This document shows, piece by piece, positions 56,906-64,000 of a stretch of 64,000 nt of DNA (within the stretch, counting starts at the first letter, position 1; the number at the start of each line of letters is the position of its first letter). Made by a program: the position numbers and the translations under genes. The notes beneath the pieces were generated by a model that saw only the letters and a program-made list of their open reading frames with translations, did not search any database and was not told the origin of the DNA. The stretch is taken from contig CAVOZP010000004.1 of assembly GCA_963700995.1 (NCBI GenBank), positions 170,321 through 234,320 on the forward strand, in the 5' to 3' direction. This DNA comes from an uncultured Acidimicrobiales bacterium. GTDB lineage: Bacteria > Actinomycetota > Acidimicrobiia > Acidimicrobiales > JAHEJN01.

Positions 56906-57013
56906 CGTCGGCTCCCGCTGCTTCCCATTCGGCGAACTTACCCCATGCCGGTGCCGCCGGACCGGGGCCGGAGACGTCCGCCCATGTCCGACGGTCCGGG
57001 AGACTCTCTGGTC

Positions 57014-57466
57014 ATGGCTTCCCCTGCATTCGTCCTCCGCCCCATCGAGCCCGACATCGCCAACCGGCTCCGTGACCTCGCAATCGAAGCGGTCGTCGCC
57101 GACGCCGCGCCCGGCTATCCGTGCCGCCAGTGCCTGCGCGATGCCCAGGTCGGCGACGAGTTGGTCCTGGTGTCGCACGACCCGTTCTCGGCCGCATCGC
57201 CGTACCGCTCGGCCAGCCCGATCTTTCTGCACGGAGAACCGTGCTCCCCGCCGACCGACGGCGGAGTCCTGCCCGATCAGCTGACCACGCGACAGCTCTC
57301 GGTGCGCTCGTTCGACGGTTGCGAGATGATGCTCGACGCCGCAGTGATCGACGGCACGTCGCTGGCGACCACGATCGAGGGACTGTTCGCCGACGAACGG
57401 GCTGCGAGGATCCACGTGCACAACGCGTCGCGTGGATGCTGGGCGGTGGCCGTCGACCGGGCCTGA
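57014..57466 (+). CDS. DUF1203 domain protein
   Basis: 'GYPCRQCLRDAQVGDELVLVSHDPF...SPYRSASPIFLH', 'IHVHNASRGCWAVAVDR' fit DUF1203 as I recall it. ATG 56984 is also possible. Confidence 0.7.
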   Translation: MASPAFVLRPIEPDIANRLRDLAIEAVVADAAPGYPCRQCLRDAQVGDELVLVSHDPFSAASPYRSASPIFLHGEPCSPPTDGGVLPDQLTTRQLSVRSFDGCEMMLDAAVIDGTSLATTIEGLFADERAARIHVHNASRGCWAVAVDRA

Positions 57467-57505
57467 GCCGGCCCGTTCGGCCGCGCCCTCAGACGTACTG
57501 CGCCC

Positions 57506-57979
57506 TCAGAGGTACTGGGGAAGTGTCTCGGCGACCTGTTCGGGCGTGATCTGGGGCGGGAAGCGCGCGACGACCTTGCCGCTGCCATCGACGAGGAACT
57601 TCTCGAAGTTCCAGGTGATGTCGGGCGCGTCGGCCTCGCCGGGCTGTTCGGCCTTGAGCCACTTGTACAGCTCGGCGGCGCCGTCGCCATTCACCTCGAT
57701 CTTGGAGAACATCGGGAAGTTCACGTCGAACTTCGAGGTGACGAACTCGAGGATCTCCTCGTCGCTGCCCGGTTCCTGGGCGCCGAACTGGTTGCACGGA
57801 AATCCCAGAACCTGGAAGCCGTCGATCTCGTTGTGAATCGCACGCAGACCTGCGTACTGAGGGGTGAGACCTCAGGCGCTGGCGACGTTGACGACGAGGC
57901 ACACCTGGTCACGGAACCGGTCGAACGCGATCTGCTCACCGGTGATGGAGGTCATCTCGAGATCATGGAAGTTGGTCAT
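57506..57979 (-). CDS. gpx: Glutathione peroxidase with in-frame TGA (probable selenocysteine, U36) at the catalytic position
   Basis: A continuous minus-strand frame from ATG 57979 gives MTNFHDLEMTSITGEQIAFDRFRDQVCLVVNVASA[TGA]GLTPQYAGLRAIHNEIDGFQVLGFPCNQFGAQEPGSDEEILEFVTSKFDVNFPMFSKIEVNG...WNFEKFLVDGSGKVVARF...*. The TGA (57872-57874) aligns with the Cys of the 'NVASKCGLTPQY' motif (E. coli BtuE, from memory). All other GPx blocks are intact on both sides. Confidence 0.85.
57840..57875 (-). promoter_or_regulatory. SECIS-like recoding structure: two adjacent hairpins starting at the UGA
   Basis: The RNA is CUGAGG-UCUCACC-CCUCAG-UACGCA-GGUC-UGCGUGC. Hairpin 1 pairs CUGAGG, which contains the UGA, with CCUCAG. 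Hairpin 2 pairs GUACGCA with UGCGUGC (7 bp, one G-U) around a GGUC loop. The loop starts 21 nt after the UGA. Confidence 0.6.
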
Positions 57980-58012
57980 CGCGCCATGTTGGCATGGATG
58001 GCACCACCAGGC

Positions 58013-61009
58013 TCACTCGCCGGCGACGATCGCCAACACGGCATCGCCGTACTGTTCGAGCTTGGCCGGGCCGACGCCTTTCACCCGCGCCAGTTCGACG
58101 AGCGACTCGGGTCGCGCCGAGGCGATCGCCACCAGGGTCTTGTCGTCGAACACGGTGTAGGCGGGCTTGGTGCCCCGTACGTCGTTGCGGAACGCCCGCA
58201 TCTCGTCGAACACTCGAACGGCGTGCTCGTCGACGTCGCCGTGGCGGCCGGCGAGCGCACCTCGCTGACGGCCCAGCGTCTCGACCGCGTCGCCGAGCCC
58301 GAACCGGCGGGTCGCCGCGCCGTTGGTGGCCAGCGCGGCCGCGGGCTCGATGTCGGTGATGGTCCACTCGGTGCCCTGGTCGACCAGGACGAGGCCCGGC
58401 ACGGCCATGACCACGGTGCGATCGAGCAAGGGGTGGTCGGCGGCGGCCGACTTTCGCACGACAGTGGTCGTCCTCGAGGAGCGAGTCACCTCTTCGGGAA
58501 GGTGCTCGGGGGGCTCGGTGGTGAGCTCGGCAACGAACGGGCTCGGATGGGTTCCGGTGACGATGGCCGCGTGATCGGACGCCCGAGTGATGGCGACATG
58601 GAAGAGGCGTCGTTCTTCCTCGGTGTCGTCGGCCAGGCGGTGGGGAAACTGGTCGGTGTCGGCGAGGTGAACCACGACGAGGGGCCATTCGAGACCTTTG
58701 ACTCGGTGCACCGTGGACAGCTGAACGCCAGCGGGATCGCGTTTGGTCACGAGCTGGGATCGCAGCCATGCCTCGAAGGTGGCGGCGTCGGTGTGGAGTG
58801 ACGCCAGCTGCAGAATGGCCTGGAGGTCGTCGCTCTGGGCTGATCGGTTCATGCCGTGGCGGCTGTTGTCGAGCGTGGCGACCGAACCGGCCAGATCCAT
58901 CTGGTCGACGAGGGTCGAGACGATGCGAAACGTCGACGCGCCCTTGGCGGCCATCGTTCGGAGCCGGTCGATGTCGGCCGCGAAGCTGTGGACGCGGTCG
59001 GTGTCGCGGTCGTTGTTGAGTCGCTCGGCCAGCTTGTGGAGGTCTTCGACGGTGTTCTGTTCGGCCACCCAGTCGGTGATGCGAGGGTGGAGAGGTCGCG
59101 ACGGCCGGCGCAGGGCCTCGACGACGTCGTTGTCGATGAAGCGTCGGGCCGAGGCGAGCCGCAGCCAGGCGAGAACGGCCCGGATGGCGGTGCGGTCGGC
59201 AAATTCCGCGCCCACTCCGCCCGTGATCGGCACACTTCGGCCGGTGAGGGCGACCTGTACCGGTGCAATGGTGGCATTCACTCGGGTCAACACGGCGATG
59301 TGCGCTGGGGGAGTGCCGTCGGCGATGGCCTGCTCGACCAGCTCGACCGACGCAGCGACGGGATCGTCCGATGAGGTGACGGTGTAGCCGTCAGTCCTAT
59401 CGGATGAGGCTCGGATGGTCTTGGCCACCCGGCGGCGATTGTGGCGCACCAGCATGTCCGCGGCGGCGACGACGCCGCCGGGGCAGCGGTAGTTCACCTC
59501 GAGGGGGTGGTCGCCGGCGCCGGGGAAGAGTGTGGCGAAGTCGATGAGTGAGCCGGGATCGGCGCCGTTGTAGCCGTAGATCGTCTGGTCGTCGTCGCCG
59601 ACGCCGAACACCGCGCCACCGGGTGCGCCGAGCAGCCGGACCAGGAGGAGGTGGGCCGGGGTGAGGTCCTGGAACTCGTCGACCAGGAGCACCCGGCACG
59701 CCCGCTGCGCCGCCGCCCGGGCGGCCGGTTGGGTGAGCAACACATCGATCGCCCGGTAGATCTGATCGTCGAAGTCGAGCGCGGCTTCGCGGTCGAGCGC
59801 CTTGCGGTACTGCGGCCACACGTCGACGAGCCCGTCGACGTCGCCGTTGTACCGAGCCTCGACCTCGGTAGGGCTCACGAGACCGAGACGCAGCAGCGAC
59901 AGGGCGTCGATCCACGGGGCGATGGGGTCGACGTTGCGCCGCTTGGGCACCGTGACCAGCTTGGCGATGATGCGGCGCACATCGGGTTCGTCGAGCGTTC
60001 GCAGGCGGCGGGACTGGGGTGCGAACGGTGCCCGGCCGTTCACGATGGCGAGCGCCAACGCATTGAACGTCTGGATCTGGAGGCCACGCAGATCGCAGGT
60101 TCGCTCGCTCATCTCGACCTGTGCACGCTTGTTGAACGCCACGAGGGTGACGGCGCTCGGCGGCAGGTTCCAGGCCGTGAGCAGGTGGCGGGCGCGCTCG
60201 GTGAGCACGCGGGTCTTGCCCGAGCCCGCGGGGGCGATGATGCGCGCTGCGCCACCGACATGCGTGACGGCGGCGAGCTGGTCCGGTGCCAGCTCCGCAG
60301 GCGACACGTTGGCCGCCGGTGCCGCGAGCGACCCGTGTTCGACGGCCACGGCGTGCACCACGGGGATGCCGAGCAGCGGATCGTGGTGCCGCACCGGCCC
60401 ACCGTCGAGCCACCGCAGTACGCCGTCGGGGCCTACCACATCGCCCGTGGTGCCGTCGGAGACCGATGCACCGAGCGCGACCGCCCGATCGACGAGCTCC
60501 CAACGGGGTTCGCCACGGGCGTCGATGGCGTTCGACCAGACGAGATGGTGCACCTCGTCGAGCGGGAAGAAGAACCGGGGCCCGAGCTCGTAGGCCGCCT
60601 CGTTGGTCGACAATGCCGGACAGTCGGCGAAGTCGACGTTCAGCTCGATGACGAGTGCCGCGGCACCGGTCGCCGCCACGCGCAACCGGGCCAGCAACGG
60701 TTCGGGTGTTGCCAGCTCGTTCGCCCCGACGACGATGCGCTCACAACCGGCCCACTCGTCGGGTGCAGGCTGGTCGGCACCGACGATCACGTTGCGGCCG
60801 AGTGAGTCGGGGCCTCGCAGCAGTGCCGCTCGTACCCTGGTTACCGGTGCGCTCGGCCGAGGATCGGCGGCAGATTCTGCTGCGGCGAACGGCGCGGGAT
60901 CGGTTCTGTTGGCGCCAGCGACTTCGGCCCCACGAGCGCGCTGCCAACACTCCTTCACTTCGTCGGGTCGGTCGTGGGTCAGGCCGCAGTACACGCAGGA
61001 GATCGGCAC
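58013..61009 (-). CDS. Large UvrD-family helicase (998 aa) with a ~250-aa N-terminal extension and a C-terminal HRDC domain
   Basis: 'IIAPAGSGKTRVLTERA', 'LLVDEFQDLTPAH', 'GVGDDDQTIYGYNGA', 'STVHRVKGLEWPLVVV', 'RRLFHVAITRA'. C-terminus 'YTVFDDKTLVAIASARPESLVELARVKGVGPAKLEQYG' is HRDC. The N-terminus 'MPISCVYCGLTHDRPDEVKECW' is unassigned. Confidence 0.85.
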   Translation of the reverse strand: MPISCVYCGLTHDRPDEVKECWQRARGAEVAGANRTDPAPFAAAESAADPRPSAPVTRVRAALLRGPDSLGRNVIVGADQPAPDEWAGCERIVVGANELATPEPLLARLRVAATGAAALVIELNVDFADCPALSTNEAAYELGPRFFFPLDEVHHLVWSNAIDARGEPRWELVDRAVALGASVSDGTTGDVVGPDGVLRWLDGGPVRHHDPLLGIPVVHAVAVEHGSLAAPAANVSPAELAPDQLAAVTHVGGAARIIAPAGSGKTRVLTERARHLLTAWNLPPSAVTLVAFNKRAQVEMSERTCDLRGLQIQTFNALALAIVNGRAPFAPQSRRLRTLDEPDVRRIIAKLVTVPKRRNVDPIAPWIDALSLLRLGLVSPTEVEARYNGDVDGLVDVWPQYRKALDREAALDFDDQIYRAIDVLLTQPAARAAAQRACRVLLVDEFQDLTPAHLLLVRLLGAPGGAVFGVGDDDQTIYGYNGADPGSLIDFATLFPGAGDHPLEVNYRCPGGVVAAADMLVRHNRRRVAKTIRASSDRTDGYTVTSSDDPVAASVELVEQAIADGTPPAHIAVLTRVNATIAPVQVALTGRSVPITGGVGAEFADRTAIRAVLAWLRLASARRFIDNDVVEALRRPSRPLHPRITDWVAEQNTVEDLHKLAERLNNDRDTDRVHSFAADIDRLRTMAAKGASTFRIVSTLVDQMDLAGSVATLDNSRHGMNRSAQSDDLQAILQLASLHTDAATFEAWLRSQLVTKRDPAGVQLSTVHRVKGLEWPLVVVHLADTDQFPHRLADDTEEERRLFHVAITRASDHAAIVTGTHPSPFVAELTTEPPEHLPEEVTRSSRTTTVVRKSAAADHPLLDRTVVMAVPGLVLVDQGTEWTITDIEPAAALATNGAATRRFGLGDAVETLGRQRGALAGRHGDVDEHAVRVFDEMRAFRNDVRGTKPAYTVFDDKTLVAIASARPESLVELARVKGVGPAKLEQYGDAVLAIVAGE

Positions 61010-61151
61010 GGGCCGACCCTATCCAGCGGGTGTGTCGGCCCCGGCGACGCCCGGGCGAAGCAGGTCGTTGCCGAGAGAATTCTGCCCCGACCCGTCGAAT
61101 CCACGACGAACGCGACGTCTTGTCCCTGAACCCCTACAAGGAGAAGTTCAG

Positions 61152-61664
61152 ATGCACCGATCCCTACGAATTGTCGCGGCGACGTTGGTTGCCCTGCTGG
61201 TCATTCCCACGTTCGCCGGTGCCGTCGGCGCCCAGACCGACGGCGTTCGGCCCGATCTCGCCGAGCCCGACCGCATCGCACCGGAGTCCGACGTTTCCGT
61301 TCGCGAAGCGCCTGCGACCGATGTCGCTGTCCCTGACGTACCGGTGCGGGATGCCCCGGTTCGTGACGTGGCCGAGCGGGATGCCCCGGTTCGTGACGTG
61401 GCCGAGCGGGATGTCCCGGTTCGTGTCGAGCTCGTACCTGATGCCCGGGTTCGTGACGTCGCGGAGCGGGACGAACCTGTCCGGGACGTGCCGGTGCGAG
61501 ACCGGCTGCACTGCAATGATTCGGTGAATGATCGATCGGTCGACGACTGCGCCGGGATCGACCTCGACGACCCCGAGGTCGTGCGCAAGCTCATTCATCG
61601 GCTCATCGCCGCCGGGCAGTGGAAGACACTCGTCCGGCTCCTGCACGCGATCGGCGTGCTCTGA
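61152..61664 (+). CDS. Secreted repeat protein (D/E-x-PVRD-VAER decapeptide-like repeats) with a Cys-containing helical C-terminus
   Basis: AAGGAG RBS. Signal peptide 'MHRSLRIVAATLVALLVIPTFAGAVGA'. Repeats 'DVPVRDAPVRDVAERDAPVRDVAERDVPVRVELVPDARVRDVAERDEPVRDVPVRD'. 36 bp upstream of the ECF sigma gene. Confidence 0.6.
   Translation: MHRSLRIVAATLVALLVIPTFAGAVGAQTDGVRPDLAEPDRIAPESDVSVREAPATDVAVPDVPVRDAPVRDVAERDAPVRDVAERDVPVRVELVPDARVRDVAERDEPVRDVPVRDRLHCNDSVNDRSVDDCAGIDLDDPEVVRKLIHRLIAAGQWKTLVRLLHAIGVL
61348..61424. repeat. 30-bp tandem repeat (two identical copies plus a diverged third) inside the secreted repeat gene
   Basis: GGGATGCCCCGGTTCGTGACGTGGCCGAGC occurs at 61348-61377 and again at 61378-61407. 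A partial copy follows from 61408. Confidence 0.85.
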
Positions 61665-61699
61665 GCGTTGCCCCCTCTCGTGTTGAGGAGAGGGTTCGG

Positions 61700-62245
61700 T
61701 TGAGCGCTCGCAACCGCGACCTCGACCAGTGGGTCGACGGGATCCGAGCCCGATCCAACGCGGCGTTCCGCGCGGTGTACCGGTCGATGGCGAACGACCT
61801 CGTGTCGTTCGCCATCGGCATGCTCGGCGACCGCCGCGCCGCCGAAGACACTGTGCAGCAGGCCTTCGTCGAGCTCGTCAACGCCGCGCCGGGCCTGCGG
61901 GGCAACGGTCGATCCCTCCAAGCCTGGCTGTACCGCAGCGTGCGGTACGGCTGTCTCGACGAGATCCGGCGCCGACAGCGCCGGCTGGAGGCGCCATCGG
62001 CGCATCTGCCCGAGCGGGCGGGCGTCGTCGAACCCGACCACGATCTCGACCCCGACCTGGCGTCAGCCCTGGCCCAGCTCAGCGATCGCCAGCGTGAGCT
62101 GGTGGTCCTCCGCCACGTCGTGGGCCTCGACGGTAACGAGATCGCCGCCGCCACTCGATCCAATCGGGCGGCGGTCTACGCCGCCCTCGGCCGAGCCGAA
62201 CGTCGGCTCCGTGGCCTGCTGGACGCAAAGGAGTCCACCCCATGA
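61700..62245 (+). CDS. ECF-type RNA polymerase sigma-70 factor
   Basis: TTG 61700 after GAGGAGAGGG. Region 2 'FRAVYRSMANDLVSFAIGMLGDRRAAEDTVQQAFVEL'. Region 4 'LSDRQRELVVLRHVVGLDGNEIAAATRSNRAAVYAALGRAERRLR'. Confidence 0.85.
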   Translation: MSARNRDLDQWVDGIRARSNAAFRAVYRSMANDLVSFAIGMLGDRRAAEDTVQQAFVELVNAAPGLRGNGRSLQAWLYRSVRYGCLDEIRRRQRRLEAPSAHLPERAGVVEPDHDLDPDLASALAQLSDRQRELVVLRHVVGLDGNEIAAATRSNRAAVYAALGRAERRLRGLLDAKESTP

Positions 62246-63018
62246 GCCCTGTCGCGTTTCCCGAGCTCGAAGCGATTCGAACGGAGATGTCCGAGGAGAC
62301 GGTCGTGGCTCACTTCGGCGCGATTGCCGACGCCATCGGTTCGGCTGTGGCCGTGCCTGGCCCCTCGCGTTGGCTGTCTTGGCGGAGGTGGTTGGCCGGT
62401 CTGCTGATCGGCGCAGGGGTGCTCGTGCCCACTGCGGCGATTGCGTCCGACTCGGCGGTACCTGGCGACGCGCTGTACTCCGTGAAGAAGCTGCTCGAGC
62501 CCCTCGTCTCGATTCTCGACGACGACGTGGTGGCCGAGCACCGCATCGAGGAAGCCGAGGTACTGGCGGAACGCGGGGGTGATCGACAGATCATCTTGGA
62601 GCTGATCGATGAGGCAACCGACGCGCTGGCCGGCCATGACTCGCCCGGTCTGCGCATGCGACTCGATGCCCTGACCGACCGGATGAGCGATCGCCCGACT
62701 TCACGTGACGTGTCACCCGAGCCGACCCCGACGGCCCGGCCCGAGCGCGAGCCGACACCGGAACCCGATGGCGAGCCGCCGCGATCCGACGTCGCGCCGC
62801 TCCGCCCCGAACCGACCTTGCCTCCGGCCCCGACGCCCACGCCGGAGCCCGCACTCGAGCGCAGTCCGGCTCCCGATGTTCGGCCGACACCCACGCCCGA
62901 GGCCACCGCCGATCGGACCCCGACGCCGGTCGCCGCCGATGCCGCATCGCGGCCACCGCCCGACCGTCTGCAGCCCACAGTGGAAGACTCGGGCAGTGAG
63001 CGAGATCGACGAGGTTGA
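62242..63018 (+). CDS. Membrane protein, DUF5667-like, candidate anti-sigma partner with a Pro-rich tail
   Basis: ATGA overlap with the sigma gene stop. TM 'WLAGLLIGAGVLVPTAAIA'. 'VPGDALYSVKKLLEPL' DUF5667-type motif. C-terminal 'PEPTPTARPEREPTPEPDGEPP...PPAPTPTPEP'. Confidence 0.6.
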   Translation: MSPVAFPELEAIRTEMSEETVVAHFGAIADAIGSAVAVPGPSRWLSWRRWLAGLLIGAGVLVPTAAIASDSAVPGDALYSVKKLLEPLVSILDDDVVAEHRIEEAEVLAERGGDRQIILELIDEATDALAGHDSPGLRMRLDALTDRMSDRPTSRDVSPEPTPTARPEREPTPEPDGEPPRSDVAPLRPEPTLPPAPTPTPEPALERSPAPDVRPTPTPEATADRTPTPVAADAASRPPPDRLQPTVEDSGSERDRRG

Positions 63019-63601
63019 CGTCGCGACCGTCACCCGCTGGCAGGTGGCCGCCGTGGTGGCAACGCTGGCCGAAGCGTTCGTAGCCGATCCGTTCTTCGTC
63101 TGGATGTTTCCCGATCACCGGTGCCGCGCCGGCCAGGTCAACCGGTGGTGGGACCGGATGGTCCGACAGCGGCCTGCGGGTTCCAAGACCTGGCAGGCCG
63201 CCGAGGTCACTGCGGCTGCGTTGTGGCACCCGCCGGTCGAGGCGGTGGCCGGGGGCGACGGGAGCTTCGCTCCGTGGTTCGTCGATCTCGTCGACGACTC
63301 AGCGCTGGTGGCCGAACGCTTCGAGGTGTTCGGCCGGATCGTCGACGCCCACCCGTCCGAGCCGCACTGGTACCTCGCCGGTGTGGGCACTCGGCCCGCC
63401 CATCAGGGCCGTGGTCTCGGTCGAGCAGTGCTCGAACCGATGATGCACCGGTGCGACGATGACCAGCGCGCCGCGTATCTCGAGTCGAGCAACCCGCTCA
63501 ATGTGCCGTTCTACGAGAGGTTCGGGTTCACGGTGGTCGGCGCGGTGCCGCTGCCCGGCGATTCGGGCTCGGTCACCCTGATGGCGCGGTCGCCGAGGTG
63601 A
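62996..63601 (+). CDS. GNAT-family acetyltransferase
   Basis: GTG 62996. 'HWYLAGVGTRPAHQGRGLGRAVLEPMM', 'AYLESSNPLNVPFYERFGF' are the acetyl-CoA binding motif A/B pattern. Confidence 0.75.
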   Translation: MSEIDEVDVATVTRWQVAAVVATLAEAFVADPFFVWMFPDHRCRAGQVNRWWDRMVRQRPAGSKTWQAAEVTAAALWHPPVEAVAGGDGSFAPWFVDLVDDSALVAERFEVFGRIVDAHPSEPHWYLAGVGTRPAHQGRGLGRAVLEPMMHRCDDDQRAAYLESSNPLNVPFYERFGFTVVGAVPLPGDSGSVTLMARSPR

Positions 63602-63610
63602 GGGCCCGGT

Positions 63611-64000
63611 TCAGCGGTGGACGAGGACCTCGGCTTCGATGCCGGCGGCGTCGAGACCGAGCGCGGCCAGGATGACATCGGGTTTCCCGTGGGGGATGTA
63701 CTCGGTGGGCACCCCCATCACCCGAACCGACGGCTGCTCGGCCGTGTCGGCCAGACGGTCGGCGATCATCGAACCCACCCCGCCGTGACGGAGACCGTCT
63801 TCGACGGTGACCACCAGGCGATGGCGGGCCGCGTCGGCCAGCATGGCTTCGTCGAGGGGTACGACGCGGACATCCCACACGGTGACGTTCGTGCCGGCGG
63901 CCTCCAGTCGGTCGGCGGCTTCTCGGGCCGCGGCGAGCATCTTGCCGACCGACAGGATGCACACGTCGTCGCCCGAACGGACGAGGCGGGCGTCGAGGCC
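63611..64000 (-). CDS. dxs: 1-deoxy-D-xylulose-5-phosphate synthase, C-terminal part (gene continues beyond the window)
   Basis: 'ILSVGKMLAAAREAADRLEAAGTNVTVWDVRVVPLDEAML..AARH.LVVTVEDG.RHGGVGS...L' is the typical DXS/transketolase C-terminal domain. The frame stays open to the window edge. Confidence 0.85.
   Translation of the reverse strand, partial: GLDARLVRSGDDVCILSVGKMLAAAREAADRLEAAGTNVTVWDVRVVPLDEAMLADAARHRLVVTVEDGLRHGGVGSMIADRLADTAEQPSVRVMGVPTEYIPHGKPDVILAALGLDAAGIEAEVLVHR

Noticed and set aside
57872-57874. GPx TGA as a simple nonsense mutation (pseudogene)
   Set aside because: This is kept as the alternative hypothesis but disfavoured. The stop is exactly at the catalytic Cys/Sec codon, both halves are otherwise intact and in one frame, and a SECIS-like GGUC-loop hairpin follows at the expected distance.
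61085-61130. ECF-type promoter guess (cGAAT…N16…GTC) upstream of the secreted repeat gene
   Set aside because: The match to GGAAT/GGAAC-N16-18-GTT/CGTC motifs is partial, and several alternative alignments exist. It cannot be supported without knowing the ECF group consensus.
1-64000. tRNA, rRNA, tmRNA, transposase/integrase, prophage or defence-island content
   Set aside because: No candidate was seen while reading both strands. Intergenic gaps are short and the gene content is housekeeping-like. A formal tRNAscan/Infernal run was not possible, so small RNAs could have been missed.

Overview
This is a very GC-rich, densely coding chromosomal segment. Third codon positions are almost all G/C, so long spurious antisense ORFs are common in the six-frame track. 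Gene content looks actinobacterial: a Kgd-type 2-oxoglutarate dehydrogenase E1 with an N-terminal E2-like domain, a SARP regulator, a HAIR/HspR-type operator in front of hsp20, a PIG-L deacetylase, a YloV-RecG pair, a DUF3558-like lipoprotein, alpha-methylacyl-CoA racemase and PPK2. I can support about 60 protein-coding genes, mostly housekeeping, central metabolism, stress and envelope functions. By eye I found no rRNA, tRNA, CRISPR array, transposase, integrase or prophage genes, but no tRNA or covariance scan was possible. The strongest finding is a glutathione peroxidase gene (57506..57979, minus) with an in-frame TGA exactly at the catalytic Cys position. The TGA is embedded in and followed by a two-hairpin SECIS-like structure with a GGUC apical loop. 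This is a probable selenoprotein that the ORF track splits and hides. Other notable items: (1) a single-pass membrane protein made of six near-identical 24-aa (72-bp) repeats in a mirror-symmetric variant order, divergent from a SARP regulator; (2) a Rieske [2Fe-2S]-TPP enzyme fusion; (3) a four-gene, translationally coupled operon (GCS2 ligase, M20 amidohydrolase, 80-aa GGCT-like ORF, long class-V PLP enzyme); (4) an ECF sigma/DUF5667 module preceded by a secreted 'PVRD' repeat protein; (5) ArsR-ArsI/CadI with a perfect palindromic operator; (6) four genes disrupted as sequenced. Three of those carry single-base indels in simple-sequence tracts, including kgd, so assembly error and genuine slippage need to be distinguished. 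Family assignments come from motif recognition by eye, not from database searches.
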